This document shows positions 45,968-56,967 of a DNA stretch of 57,767 bases, in pieces. The translations under genes were made by a program, and so were the position numbers. The notes under the pieces were generated by a model. It saw only the letters and a program-made list of their open reading frames with translations. It did no database searches and was not told the DNA's origin. This DNA comes from an uncultured Bacteriovoracaceae bacterium. GTDB lineage: Bacteria; Bdellovibrionota; Bacteriovoracia; Bacteriovoracales; Bacteriovoracaceae. Where the stretch lies: positions 1-57,767 of the forward strand of contig CAXGUD010000023.1 of the NCBI GenBank assembly GCA_964012805.1, in the 5' to 3' direction. Every line of letters starts with the position of its first letter. The stretch's first letter is position 1.

Positions 45968-46552
45968 ATGAGCATAACATACCTAAATAATAAAAAAGCT
46001 TTAAGGATTTTTTTTGTCATTAGCTTAATGATTTTCCTTTTTATTTTGACCGATGCAACAGGCTTTAGAGAAAAAATTACTATCACTTATATAAAAAACC
46101 TTTTTTTCGAGCATAAACTCATTGGTTCCATCCTCTTTATTCTATTATTTGCGATTGGAAATACGCTTTACATTCCAGGCTGGCTTTTTCTTGTAGGGGC
46201 AATCCTTGCAGTAGGAAAGTGGTATGCTGGACCTTTGGCCTTTTTAGGAGGAGTAGGTTCAAGTGTATTAAGCTATTTTTTAGTTGGCCTTCTTGGGAAA
46301 GATGCTCTTCGTGCCCTTGAAAAGCAAAAATATGCCAGGAAGTTTTTTGAACACCTCGATACCAAACCAATAAGAACAATCATAATTTTAAGGATGATCT
46401 TTCAAACTGCGCCTTTTTTGAATTATGCCTTGATCTTATCCAAAGTCCGTTTTCGTGACTTTTGGTGGGGGACACTTTTAGGTCTTCCCTTCCCTATTTT
46501 TCTTTATTGTGTCTTTTATGAGGTTATTTTAAAGAAATTAATTAATCTGTAG
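45968..46552 (+). CDS. TVP38/TMEM64 (VTT/DedA) membrane protein
   Basis: LYIPG, ILRM..P.LNYAL..SKVRFRDF..GTLLG..P. Confidence 0.8.
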   Translation: MSITYLNNKKALRIFFVISLMIFLFILTDATGFREKITITYIKNLFFEHKLIGSILFILLFAIGNTLYIPGWLFLVGAILAVGKWYAGPLAFLGGVGSSVLSYFLVGLLGKDALRALEKQKYARKFFEHLDTKPIRTIIILRMIFQTAPFLNYALILSKVRFRDFWWGTLLGLPFPIFLYCVFYEVILKKLINL

Positions 46553-47378
46553 ATTGGGCGGCAAACTTATCAATACATTGAGTACAAGAGTAGAACCGCC
46601 TACCTTGTGAGTTTTCCTTTACAATTTTTCCTTCACAAAATGGACAATCTTTCCCTACTCTTCCAAAAGCATAAAAACGAAGAGACTCAAACCTAGAGAT
46701 TCTTTTCTTTTTCCTTTTTTCTAGTAATACTTCATCGACTGTATAACCGCCCGTTTTATAGGACCTCATGACTGTATCCTTGGCTATTTTTGCAAGGTTT
46801 CTTTTACACTCAATGTTTAAGTCCTTTAATTTTGCATTTGGAGACAATTTTGCCTGAAAAAGAATTTCCGACCGCAAATAGTTTCCCATTCCAGCGAGGA
46901 ATTTTTGGTCTAAAAAAAGAATACCTAGGGATCGGTTTTGGTATTTCTTTTGGTTTAAAACATTCTCAACTTCCTCATATTCTATATCTAAAACATCTGG
47001 TCCAAGACTCTTTATGTATGGAATTGAATAGATCTTATCAGTTGGGAGGACTTCTATTGTTGAAGCGCTATATAGGAAGGCACTTTTTTTAGGACCTTGA
47101 AGCTCCATTCTAATTTCCCTATTTGTATTTAGCTTTGGAGACTTTCCGATATGCCACTTCCCATATAACTGAAGATGGCAATAAATCGAAAGGCCATTAT
47201 CAAAACTTAATACAAAACCTTTCCCTTTTGTCGTACTCAGGATCAGTTTAGTGCCTACAAAGTCTGCCTCATACCTTTTTAGTTTAGGAAATTTAAAATA
47301 AATTTCTTTCAAGGGTACATTGAGTAAGGCGCGGGATATTTTATCTGCATCTCGTCTAGTTTCTGGACCTTCAGGCAT
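46542..47378 (-). CDS. nei: Endonuclease VIII (Fpg/Nei glycosylase)
   Basis: MPEGPE, HLQLYGKW, LGPDVL, LDQKFLAGMGNYLRSEIL, C-terminal CPFC..CTQC zinc finger. Confidence 0.9.
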   Translation of the reverse strand: MPEGPETRRDADKISRALLNVPLKEIYFKFPKLKRYEADFVGTKLILSTTKGKGFVLSFDNGLSIYCHLQLYGKWHIGKSPKLNTNREIRMELQGPKKSAFLYSASTIEVLPTDKIYSIPYIKSLGPDVLDIEYEEVENVLNQKKYQNRSLGILFLDQKFLAGMGNYLRSEILFQAKLSPNAKLKDLNIECKRNLAKIAKDTVMRSYKTGGYTVDEVLLEKRKKKRISRFESLRFYAFGRVGKDCPFCEGKIVKENSQGRRFYSCTQCIDKFAAQSTD

Positions 47379-47527
47379 ATGGACTCCTTTTTTCTACCCA
47401 TGCTGTATTCTCCTTATTTTAATAGAAGAGCAACATTTTTTTGTATAAATTTATTGGATGCTCGACAAAAAATATACCCCTTCGTTTTTTGATTAATTTA
47501 CATATTTTTCCGTGCATAATCAGGGGC

Positions 47528-48991
47528 ATGAACAAAGACATTCATTTAAACGAAAAGCAAAAAATTAATATTCTTTGGTTCAAAAGGGACCTTAGGACGA
47601 GAGATCACCTACCACTGAAGCGAGCATTGGAAAGTGATAATAAGTGCCTACCAATTTATATCTTTGAACCTCTCATTGAGAATAATTACGATTTCGACAT
47701 TAGGCACTGGCAATTCGTCTATCATTCACTTATCGAATTAAAAAGAAAGATCCCGGTTGCTTTATTTTATGGTCATGCTTTAGACATTTTTCAAAAATTA
47801 ATGGCCAAGTACTCTATTCATAACGTCTATTCTCATCAAGAAACTGGTGTGGCGGTTACTTTCGACAGGGACAAAGAGCTCAAAAAATTTTTTAAAAAAG
47901 AGAGAATTAATTGGAGCGAGGACCAAAGTAACGGAGTCATTAGGGGAAAAAAGGATAGAAAAGGCTGGGATGCCGCTTGGGCAAAGTACGTCAACACCCC
48001 AGAATATGAATATCATCTTAAAAAAGAGAGTTTTCTAAATTCTTCAAATTTAGGATCATTCATCCCAGAAAAATTAAAGGAAGTTTTAGAGAAACCTCCT
48101 ATGACAAAAGCTGGTGAGGAACAAGCTTCTGCTCTTTTATCAGAATTTGTTAATGAAAAAGTAGAAGGCTATTTCAAAAATATATCTTTCCCGGATAAAT
48201 CAAGATACTATTGCTCCAGTCTTTCTCCCCATATTAGCTGGGGTAACATAACAATCCGACAGATCTATCAATATTGTAAAATTAATAAAAAAAACATTTC
48301 GGCAAAAAAGTCATTAAATCAGTTTATGGCAAGACTGAAATGGCATTGTCACTTTATTCAGAAATTTGAGTCCGAACCTGATATTGAATTTGAAAACCTA
48401 AACCCTGCTTTCAATAATATTCGGACGAGAAAAAATAAAAAACTTCTTAAAGCGTGGAAAAATGGATTGACGGGTTATCCTCTTGTTGATGCAGCAATGA
48501 GATGTGTAAGGGATACTGGAAATCTAAATTTTAGGCTTAGGGCCATGGTCGTTTCATTTTTAACACACCTAATGTGGCAACCTTGGAGAGAAGGTGCTGC
48601 CCACCTTGCTAGAATGTTTCAGGATTATGAGCCTGGAATCCACTTTCCCCAATTCCAAATGCAGGCTGCTACAACTGGTATCAATACCATTAGGATTTAT
48701 AACCCCTTAAAACAGTCCTTAGAAAAAGACCCTGATGGTGTCTTTATTAAAAAGTGGTTGCCAGAACTGGCCCATCTTCCAACACACCTCGTTCATTCTC
48801 CGTGGGAGATCACCCCAATGGAAGAAATTATTTATCAATTTAAACTAGGGGAATCTTATCCGAAAAGAGTTCTAGATCATGAAAAAGCTTCATCAATTGC
48901 CAGAGATAAGCTTTGGGAAGTCAAAAAAGGAAGCAACTGTAAGAAATTTGCCTTAAAAATTCTTGATAAACACACAAGGGCAAGAGGTTAA
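47528..48991 (+). CDS. Cryptochrome/DNA photolyase family protein
   Basis: [51 protein letters not shown]. Confidence 0.92.
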   Translation: MNKDIHLNEKQKINILWFKRDLRTRDHLPLKRALESDNKCLPIYIFEPLIENNYDFDIRHWQFVYHSLIELKRKIPVALFYGHALDIFQKLMAKYSIHNVYSHQETGVAVTFDRDKELKKFFKKERINWSEDQSNGVIRGKKDRKGWDAAWAKYVNTPEYEYHLKKESFLNSSNLGSFIPEKLKEVLEKPPMTKAGEEQASALLSEFVNEKVEGYFKNISFPDKSRYYCSSLSPHISWGNITIRQIYQYCKINKKNISAKKSLNQFMARLKWHCHFIQKFESEPDIEFENLNPAFNNIRTRKNKKLLKAWKNGLTGYPLVDAAMRCVRDTGNLNFRLRAMVVSFLTHLMWQPWREGAAHLARMFQDYEPGIHFPQFQMQAATTGINTIRIYNPLKQSLEKDPDGVFIKKWLPELAHLPTHLVHSPWEITPMEEIIYQFKLGESYPKRVLDHEKASSIARDKLWEVKKGSNCKKFALKILDKHTRARG

Positions 48992-48992
48992 A

Positions 48993-50021
48993 TTGAAAAA
49001 AAGACTTATTATTATAAACAATGCCTGCTTTTTAGAAAAAGTGAAAGACCAATATGAAAGCATAGTCTTTGCACCCATTTTCAAAAGTCTTCCCCAAAAA
49101 AAATATTATGAGTCTCGTTTCAATAACCTTACTAATAAGTACCCTTATGTGAAATGGTCTGAAAATTTGGAACCACAAGGAAGCGATGATATTTTAGCGT
49201 GGAACTCCTATTTAGAAAAGAAAGCTTTCAAAAACGCAATTTTGCCCTATCAAAATAGATTATTTGATACCATTCCCTTTGAAGTCGGTGATACCTTTAC
49301 TCCCTTTAGAAAAAAAATAGAGGGACTTCTTCCTGATTATTATACAGATGCTGTGAAGCCATTTGATGAAGAAATCCTTAAAGAGCTAGATTATTATTTT
49401 GATGATAAAAAGCTGCCATCACATTACTTTGAGACAAGGAATGGCTTCCTTGGAAGAGATTTTTCGACCAAGTTCTCTTCTCACCTTTCAAGTGGTTTTT
49501 TAGATGTAAAATTCCTCTATAACAAAGTAAAAGATTACGAAAAATTAAATGGTTCTAACAAATCCACTTATTGGATTATTTTTGAACTCCTTTGGCGGGA
49601 ATTTTTTTACTGGCTATACCAAAAACATACTACCCATTTTTTTTCAAAAAATGGGATTCAAGGTCCTCATGACTTTTCCGATTTTTCATCATCTTTTATT
49701 GATATTGATAAATTAAAGCAAATGGGGCCTCCTTTTTTTAGGGCCTGCGTGAACGAACTGTCTAAAACTGGTTATCTTTCAAATAGGGCAAGGCAAATGT
49801 TTGCCAGCATTTGGATAAACGACCTTGAACTTGACTGGAGAATAGGCGCCAAGCTATTTGAAACCTACTTAACAGACTATGATGTATATTCTAACTATGG
49901 AAATTGGATGTATCTTGCTGGCGTAGGAAGCGACCCAAGAGGAAAAAGGTATTTCAACCTAGAAAAACAATTAAAAAATTATGATCCTGAAGGCGCCTAC
50001 ATAAAATTTTGGGGTTTTTAA
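48993..50021 (+). CDS. DASH-like cryptochrome/photolyase with shortened N-terminal domain
   Basis: FTPFRKK, YFETRNG, FELLWREFF, SNRARQ, DYDVYSNYGNWMYLAGVGSDPR; TTG start after GAGG. Confidence 0.85.
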   Translation: MKKRLIIINNACFLEKVKDQYESIVFAPIFKSLPQKKYYESRFNNLTNKYPYVKWSENLEPQGSDDILAWNSYLEKKAFKNAILPYQNRLFDTIPFEVGDTFTPFRKKIEGLLPDYYTDAVKPFDEEILKELDYYFDDKKLPSHYFETRNGFLGRDFSTKFSSHLSSGFLDVKFLYNKVKDYEKLNGSNKSTYWIIFELLWREFFYWLYQKHTTHFFSKNGIQGPHDFSDFSSSFIDIDKLKQMGPPFFRACVNELSKTGYLSNRARQMFASIWINDLELDWRIGAKLFETYLTDYDVYSNYGNWMYLAGVGSDPRGKRYFNLEKQLKNYDPEGAYIKFWGF

Positions 50022-50025
50022 AACA

Positions 50026-52668
50026 TTAACTTAAAATGGGAAGTTCAATCAAAAATGTAGTTCCTTGATCGACTGTTGACTTCACAGAGATCGTCCCGCC
50101 CAAAGAGAGGACTTCTTCTTTTACTGCGTCCATTCCTACCCCGCGACCTGAAACATCGCTCACTTCTTCTTTTGTAGAAAAACCTGGGTGAAAGATGATT
50201 CCCAAAAGATCTTCTTCACTCATTCCCTCCAAATCTTTTTCAATAAGGATTCCCTGATTAAGGGCCTTACTTTTGATTTTTTCGGGGTCTATTCCACGTC
50301 CGTCATCTTTAAAACATATGATAAAGGAGTCTTCGTTATTTTTAAAATCCACTATGATGGAGCCTTGTTGAGGCTTCGACTTTTCAATTCTTTCATCTTC
50401 TGTTTCAATTCCATGATCCACCATATTTCTAAAAAGGTGGACACAGATGTTGATAAAATTAGCAAAGCGGGCATACTCTACTAAGACTTTATCTCCCGTC
50501 AAATTCATATCTAAAACTTTGCCGTTTTCTTCCCCTAACTCCATCACAAGATTTTTATAGCGGCTAAACTTTTCTTTAATATCTGTCAGAAGATAATTTT
50601 TATAGAGTTCAAATTGTAAATCATCCAAAGATTCGCTCTCATTTATTTTTTCCATAATTTGTGTGATTTGAAGAGCATGGCCATCATCGACCATAAACTT
50701 ATTAGCAGCTTCAATAATAAGCCGATTTTCTTTTGTGAAATCATCAACTTCTTTATCAAATGTATCAACCTTCGTATCCAAATCTTTTCCTTCTTTGGAT
50801 ATTGCTGTTTCAACCTCATTAATATAGTAAGTCAGCCTCTTAACTCCAAACTGCCCGTAGCGTGCCTTAAGAGTATGAAATTTTCTAAAGAGTTCTCCCT
50901 TATCTTCATTTTTTATTTTAGAATAATCATTTAGAAGGTCTTGGGTATCCTCCATCAAATCTACAAAGTCCACAGGGTTTTGTAAACAGCTTGTAATAAA
51001 AGCGGCCTGCTGTTTATCAAGCTCTAGTTGGTTCTCTAGGTTTACTTGTCTTGTTTTATCTGTTGCAATACAAATTACCTTATCAACCTTTTTACCAGAA
51101 CCTTCCTTATAGATGGCCCTATAGTCAAGATCAATATAACGATTTTCCACCTCATAACTTTGAGGACCAAGCTCCTTTAAATCTTTAAAAGAAAGAACAC
51201 CTCGCCAAATATTTTGGAGCCATTTTTCAAACAGGTCTTTCTTCTCCTTTCCAAGTTTTAAAACTTCAGAAAGGTTTTTTCCTTCTGGTTTTACCCTAAA
51301 GAATTCTTTGGTAATTTCAGTTGCCCCCTCCTGGACAATTCCTTTATGATCAATAACCATGAATCCCTGACCGAGATTTTCAACAAGGCCTTTAATGCTT
51401 TTCGTTTTCTCTTTTACTTGGTTTTCTAAATCATGGGCATAGCTCTCTTTCAATTTAACCAAATACTCTGAATCACTTAGAGCTTTAGAAAACTTAACAG
51501 AGAGAATATAGCTTTGAGTAAAAATAAAGGATATGAAAAAAACGGGCGAAATTTGATATGGCGGAAGAAAATCAACCTTCCCAACGGCTAAATCATAAAG
51601 GGCCGCGAAAATGAGAAAACTAAGAGAAATTGTAAAGGGTTTTGAAAATGGGGCTTTACTCTTTATCCAAACAAATCCTTGATAACTAATAACGATAATT
51701 GTTGCTATAATAATTAACTCATTTAAAGATCGAAAAAGAACATCTGTCTGATGAAATACTGGAAGAAAAAAGTTAAAAGGTAAAAGTAAAAGAGCATAAA
51801 TAAGAAACCATTTTATAATTTTTTTGGGAAAGGTATCTTTAAAGAGGGAAGCTGCATAGAAAAGAAAAACAATGGGAATAAAGGATATCGTGATATAATT
51901 AATTCTCACTAAAAGATCAAAAAATTCTTTGCTTGGTTCAAAAAATAGATTGATGTGGTAGCCATTAATCATGGTTCTTGCGAGAATGATAAGACATAAA
52001 ATACTAAAATAAAAAGCCGTGGTATCTTGTCTTCTTTGATTATAGATGACCAAATAATAAAACCCCATAACAAATAAGATGCCCATAAGAAAAAATTCGC
52101 TTAAGCGAAAAAAATTCAACTGCTCCCTTAGCCTTTCATAGTTTCCAATCGTTAATTCTGTTAATTTTCCATTTCTATATGAGTGGTTTGAAATATGGAT
52201 AATTAAAGGAAAAGTTCCTTCTGGTAAGGTAGCAACATGGTAAGAAAAATCGGGTACTTCTTTAACCTCATTTTTGCCGGGTTTACCCGAAGAGTAAATT
52301 AATTTTTCTCCTGCGTAAAAACTTGCTGCGGAAAAATTGCGGTTAATGCGAATACCATTTCCTTTTTTTAGGCCTTTTACTAAGAGAACATAAGTCCCAA
52401 AACCTCTTTTTTGAAATCGCTTAGGCCACGAACTTGGAACTTTAATCAGCTCTTCACCTTTTTCTCCAGGTTTTAAAAATTTTTTCCAGGAAAAATTCCA
52501 ATTTCCATCAAGATTAATGGTTTCCCCCCTCCAAGAGGAGAGGTCAATTACCCCATCTTTAACTTTTGGTGATTCATAAGAGTAGGCGGTAGAAAAAAGA
52601 CTTAAAAATAAGCTTAAAAAAATAAGCAGTAGTAGATGTAAAAACCTATGAAAATAAGAATTAATCAT
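50026..52668 (-). CDS. 7TM-DISM sensor fused to Hpt and CheA-type HATPase (no CheW domain)
   Basis: LDGNWNFSW/VPSSW/GFGTY extracellular domain, multiple TMs, FHTLKA, HLFRNMVDHG, DDGRG, GFSTKEEVSDVSGRGVGM. Confidence 0.88.
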   Translation of the reverse strand: MINSYFHRFLHLLLLIFLSLFLSLFSTAYSYESPKVKDGVIDLSSWRGETINLDGNWNFSWKKFLKPGEKGEELIKVPSSWPKRFQKRGFGTYVLLVKGLKKGNGIRINRNFSAASFYAGEKLIYSSGKPGKNEVKEVPDFSYHVATLPEGTFPLIIHISNHSYRNGKLTELTIGNYERLREQLNFFRLSEFFLMGILFVMGFYYLVIYNQRRQDTTAFYFSILCLIILARTMINGYHINLFFEPSKEFFDLLVRINYITISFIPIVFLFYAASLFKDTFPKKIIKWFLIYALLLLPFNFFLPVFHQTDVLFRSLNELIIIATIIVISYQGFVWIKSKAPFSKPFTISLSFLIFAALYDLAVGKVDFLPPYQISPVFFISFIFTQSYILSVKFSKALSDSEYLVKLKESYAHDLENQVKEKTKSIKGLVENLGQGFMVIDHKGIVQEGATEITKEFFRVKPEGKNLSEVLKLGKEKKDLFEKWLQNIWRGVLSFKDLKELGPQSYEVENRYIDLDYRAIYKEGSGKKVDKVICIATDKTRQVNLENQLELDKQQAAFITSCLQNPVDFVDLMEDTQDLLNDYSKIKNEDKGELFRKFHTLKARYGQFGVKRLTYYINEVETAISKEGKDLDTKVDTFDKEVDDFTKENRLIIEAANKFMVDDGHALQITQIMEKINESESLDDLQFELYKNYLLTDIKEKFSRYKNLVMELGEENGKVLDMNLTGDKVLVEYARFANFINICVHLFRNMVDHGIETEDERIEKSKPQQGSIIVDFKNNEDSFIICFKDDGRGIDPEKIKSKALNQGILIEKDLEGMSEEDLLGIIFHPGFSTKEEVSDVSGRGVGMDAVKEEVLSLGGTISVKSTVDQGTTFLIELPILS

Positions 52669-53192
52669 AGATATTTTATCGGACTAAAGGCTTCTTCTAT
52701 TAAGACTCCTAATGACATCTGTAATTTTTTAAAAATAAAGAAAACCTTATCCATAAATTTGCTAATCCTTTAAAGAATCCATTTTTTATATTTATGAAGA
52801 AGCAAGTTTTATTTTATCAAAATTAGAGCATGCTTAATTTTTTATAAAAAAACAAATCAGCCTTCTTACCTCAGTTTAACGGTGACGCAACAATCATTAG
52901 ACTTAATTTAAGGTTGATCATTAAATTAAAAATAGCTTGGTGATTGGGAAGAAAAAATAGAGTTAATATAGGAAATAATCATTTTTTAAACTTTGATTTA
53001 AATTTTTTTATGAAAAAAAATGGTTAAAAATATGTCTTTTTTAAGGTGAAAATCTAAGAAATCGTTTTTAAAGGAGGGCCCATTCGTGTATTTGGACAAA
53101 GTAAAACTATGTTGAACTTTTATCTAAGTAAATTGTCCAAGGGCTGGAAGAAAAGCCTTGAATAAGGCTTTGATTTTATTTAAAAAATAAAA

Positions 53193-54581
53193 ATGAAAAA
53201 TGTGGGTCAGAAAAAAACCAGGCATAAAACAGCTGTTATTCTCGGAGCAGGTATATCGGGACTTCTTGCAGCTGAAGTCCTATCTAAAAGATTTGATCAA
53301 GTTATAGTCGTTGAAAGAAATAAGCTATCTTTGAACAGACCTACTTTTAGAAGTGGAATACCCCAAGCAAAGCAATTTCACGTTTTATTAAATTCAGGTC
53401 TTAATCTCTTAGAAAAGTTATTTCCTGGAATTAATTTGGAACTGGATCGATTAGGAGTTCCATTAGTCGATTATACTAAAGATTGCATTCTTTTTTCTCC
53501 CTTAGGGAAAGTTCCACGTTTTCCATCTAACCTCCTAATTAGACCGACTGAAAGGCCTGTTTTGGATTTTTTAATTTTACAGAGGGTTTTAAAAAACTCA
53601 AAAGTAAAAATATTAGATAGTCTTCACTGCAGGAAACTCAACTTTAAATCCAACAAAATAGAATCTGTCGAAGGAAAAAAAGGAGATGAACTCATTGTCA
53701 TAAAAGGAGACTTTTTCCTTGATACAATGGGGAGGAATTCCTTTTTGGAAAAGCGGTTTAAGTCAGAAGGAATAATTGAATCAAAGAATATACAAACTAT
53801 TGACCCATACCTTGGTTATTCAACACAGAAATTTTTAAAACCAAAGGGTTACAATCCAGATTGGAGTGCCATCGAGATCGCTTCACGTCCCCCAGAAAAC
53901 CCACGGGCCTCTGGCCTCTGGGATATTGGCAATGGTCAATGGATGGTCGCACTCATAGGCGTTTCAAAGTGCTACCCGCCTAGGCGTCAGGAAGATTTTT
54001 TAAATTACGCTAAAAAACTTGAAAGCTCCTTAATATATGAGGAATTAAAAAAGGCAACGCCCATAGGTCCTTTAAATCACTTTAGGGGTGCTAAAAACAG
54101 GTGGATTCATTACGAAAAAGTTAAGAGGCTTCCCTCAAACCTCTTATCTATAGGAGATAGTGTCTGCACTTTTAATCCAACTTACGGTCAAGGAATGAGT
54201 TTAGTTATAAAAGAGATAAACTTACTTAATAGTCGTGTATCAAAGCTTTCAAAAATTGAGGATAAAGAACTTTCGAACTTATCTAAATATATGAGAAAAA
54301 AGATACCAAAACTAATTGCACCAGCTTGGTTTCTTGCAAGCTGTGAAGACTTTAACTGGCCAATGACAGCAGGAAAAAGATCGAACCTTTCTCTAAAGAT
54401 TTCTCATTACTTTATGGATAAATTAGCACCCATAGCACCATACTCAAAGGAATTAGTTGAAACATTTTTAAGCGTTGCCAACCTTGTAAAAAGTCCTATG
54501 GCCTTGGCACATCCAATTATTATTAAACAATTTATTACCTTTAAATTGTTAGGAGCCCCCAAAAACAATGAAACCTTCTGA
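53193..54581 (+). CDS. FAD-dependent oxidoreductase/monooxygenase
   Basis: GAGISGLLAA, RSGIPQAKQFH, IGDSVCTFNPTYGQGMS. Confidence 0.85.
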   Translation: MKNVGQKKTRHKTAVILGAGISGLLAAEVLSKRFDQVIVVERNKLSLNRPTFRSGIPQAKQFHVLLNSGLNLLEKLFPGINLELDRLGVPLVDYTKDCILFSPLGKVPRFPSNLLIRPTERPVLDFLILQRVLKNSKVKILDSLHCRKLNFKSNKIESVEGKKGDELIVIKGDFFLDTMGRNSFLEKRFKSEGIIESKNIQTIDPYLGYSTQKFLKPKGYNPDWSAIEIASRPPENPRASGLWDIGNGQWMVALIGVSKCYPPRRQEDFLNYAKKLESSLIYEELKKATPIGPLNHFRGAKNRWIHYEKVKRLPSNLLSIGDSVCTFNPTYGQGMSLVIKEINLLNSRVSKLSKIEDKELSNLSKYMRKKIPKLIAPAWFLASCEDFNWPMTAGKRSNLSLKISHYFMDKLAPIAPYSKELVETFLSVANLVKSPMALAHPIIIKQFITFKLLGAPKNNETF

Positions 54582-55623
54582 ATATTTTAGTAAAAGCAAG
54601 ATTTTACCTAAGCTATCTAATTACCCTATTAAAGAAATATCTAAAAGATTGGTAAAAGAAAATATCTTAAAATTTGGGGACCAATCAAATTCTTATTTTC
54701 ATCTTCAAGACGATGTCAGATATTTCTATGATCCCTCCAAAGGTATACTCACCTTCTCCCCTGTTTCGCTTCCTTGGGGGAAAGCAAACCTCGTTTTTTT
54801 GAAACCTCTTTGTAATAGAAATGATATAATTCCTTTAATTAGGGAGTTTGAAAAAGAGCATGGTACTAAAAATATATATGTAGGAATGGATGAAACCGCA
54901 GCAAAATTTTTAGAAGCAGAAGGGTTTAGAGTCAACGAAATCGGGGAAGAATTTACTATTCCTATACAGAATTTTAAGATTTCAGGCCGCAGTATGAGAT
55001 ACCTTAGGAGTGTAAAAAATTATGGTAACCGAGGCATTGTTGTCAAAGAACAAAGCTGGGATGAAGTGGACCAAGATCAGGTTTATGAGATTTCAAAGCA
55101 ATGGATGAAAAACAAGAAAGTCAAAACTCAAGAGCTGAGGTTGCTAACAGCTCCACCAAATTTTAGAAAAGCATGGAAAGAAAGGAAGTTCTTTTGTTAC
55201 AAAGACGGTAAACTTGTTGGGTTTGTGTTTTTTACACCAGTTTTTGAAAATGGAGAAATTATAGGTCAATGCGCTAACATTCTCCGTTCGACCCCTTTTA
55301 TAAAGCCACAGGGTATTTTGGACTTCGTTGTTTTAACTGCGATGGAAAAATTTAAAAAGGAGGGACTAAGAGTCTTGGCATTAGGCTTGGCCCCTCTTCA
55401 CAATATTGAAAAAAGAGATAACGATAACACCATATTGCGCTATCTTTTAGGTTTTCTTTATGAAAAATGCAACTTTTTATATAGCTTTAAACCATTAGCT
55501 TTTCATAAGAGCCGTTATAAAGCACACACGAAAAAAGTTTTCGTTTGTAACAAAGAAGTATCAACTTTTAATAGCCTATTGTTTGGTTTAAAAGGGACAG
55601 GAGTTATAAAAGGATGGAATTAA
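54568..55623 (+). CDS. Stand-alone phosphatidylglycerol lysyltransferase C-terminal (DUF2156) domain protein
   Basis: IGEE, ISKQW..K...ELRLL, GFVFFTP, LGLAPL, YSFKPLAFHKSRY; no flippase domain. Confidence 0.75.
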   Translation: MKPSEYFSKSKILPKLSNYPIKEISKRLVKENILKFGDQSNSYFHLQDDVRYFYDPSKGILTFSPVSLPWGKANLVFLKPLCNRNDIIPLIREFEKEHGTKNIYVGMDETAAKFLEAEGFRVNEIGEEFTIPIQNFKISGRSMRYLRSVKNYGNRGIVVKEQSWDEVDQDQVYEISKQWMKNKKVKTQELRLLTAPPNFRKAWKERKFFCYKDGKLVGFVFFTPVFENGEIIGQCANILRSTPFIKPQGILDFVVLTAMEKFKKEGLRVLALGLAPLHNIEKRDNDNTILRYLLGFLYEKCNFLYSFKPLAFHKSRYKAHTKKVFVCNKEVSTFNSLLFGLKGTGVIKGWN

Positions 55624-56291
55624 AAGCGGCAAGTTTGGGAAAAGATAATAATTATGACTCAACGGCATGGTTCTACGAAAAGGTCGCTCACTTTTTTAGT
55701 GGGGGTCAAATCTTGGCCTGTAAAAAGTCCCAAGTTCCTCACTTTAAGAAAGATGAAAAAGTTCTCTTCGCTGGATCTGGTGGAGGTGAAGATGCTCTTT
55801 TGGCGGTTAATAAAGAAAGTTATGTGACCATTGTTGAGCTGTCCGGAAAGATGATTGGCCAAGCTGTAAAGAAATTTAAAGGGCATCAGTTTGACAGTCA
55901 TTTAAAGATATATCATGAAAATATTTTTGATCATCAACTAAAAGGAACCTATGATGTCGTAGTGGCAAATTTCTTTCTTAATGTCTTTAAAGAAATCGAC
56001 ATGTCAAAGGCCTTAGCTCACCTCGTTTCTCTTTTAAAACCAGGAGGTAAACTTATTATTGGAGACTTTTCCCCGCCTTCGGGTGGAGTCATAAATAAGT
56101 TTGTTCAAAAAACTCATTTCAGGCTAGCGTCTTTGTTTTTCAACTTACTCACAAATAATCCGATTCATCCCATTTATCAATATCAAGATTATTTTAAAGA
56201 AAACGGCCTTACACTCATTGAAAAGAATTTTTTTACTCCTCTGGGCCTAATTTCAGATGCTTATTGTAGTTTAATAGCAGTTAAGGACTGA
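55614..56291 (+). CDS. Class I SAM-dependent methyltransferase
   Basis: VLFAGSGGG, VELSGKM, YDVVVANFFL, LLKPGGKLIIGDF. Confidence 0.88.
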   Translation: MELKAASLGKDNNYDSTAWFYEKVAHFFSGGQILACKKSQVPHFKKDEKVLFAGSGGGEDALLAVNKESYVTIVELSGKMIGQAVKKFKGHQFDSHLKIYHENIFDHQLKGTYDVVVANFFLNVFKEIDMSKALAHLVSLLKPGGKLIIGDFSPPSGGVINKFVQKTHFRLASLFFNLLTNNPIHPIYQYQDYFKENGLTLIEKNFFTPLGLISDAYCSLIAVKD

Positions 56292-56326
56292 CTATTCTCG
56301 GCAAGATGGCCAGTTTTCAAAGACCA

Positions 56327-56683
56327 TCATAAAATATGAGAAAAATCATTCATGAATTTTTGATGGAAAAGAAAGGCATTTAAAAAGAAAAATATTAATG
56401 CCTGGATACATTTTTGCCATGGTTGCCCGGCTTTCACTCTTGCAAAAACTCCAAGTATCATGAGCAGAGTTAAGCCGAACGTGGAAAAAATATAAAGATA
56501 AGGATTCCAGAAATATCCTATTAAGGAGCCAATGGCCCCACAGATTTCTAATACACCCGTTAAGACACGATACTTGCTTAAACCAAACTCTTTGAATTCT
56601 TTAACCATATGCTTCGTGAAGATACAGAGGAGCCCGTAAATTAAAAAAGCGGTACTGTTGAATATGGCTAGGCTTGTCATCAT
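56327..56683 (-). CDS. DoxX-like membrane protein
   Basis: EFKEFGL..R.LTGVLEICGAIG; four TMs. Confidence 0.75.
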   Translation of the reverse strand: MMTSLAIFNSTAFLIYGLLCIFTKHMVKEFKEFGLSKYRVLTGVLEICGAIGSLIGYFWNPYLYIFSTFGLTLLMILGVFARVKAGQPWQKCIQALIFFFLNAFLFHQKFMNDFSHIL

Positions 56684-56967
56684 GGTCAGAGTGTAAAATA
56701 GGAGAAGCCCAATTTAAAGATAAAAAGAACAAAACACGATTAGATTTAACTAATACAATGAAGGTTATGTAGCGAGTTTATAGATATTTAGTAAATTTTG
56801 GTCCCTTGAATTGATTTGAATAACCCTTAATTATTAAGGATTTATGAACCTGTTTAGCCGAATGTGGGACTTTCTTTAATCCAAATCAATCTTTACCCCT
56901 TCAGTACTCAAACAAACTCTACAGTATAGGTCATTCATAAACCTTAAGAGTTATGCGGTGAGACCCA

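Noticed and set aside
53092..53171. Inverted repeats (TTGGACAA/TTGTCCAA; AAAGCCTT/AAGGCTTT) upstream of the FAD operon
   Set aside because: Short repeats in AT-rich DNA; no riboswitch or operator recognised.
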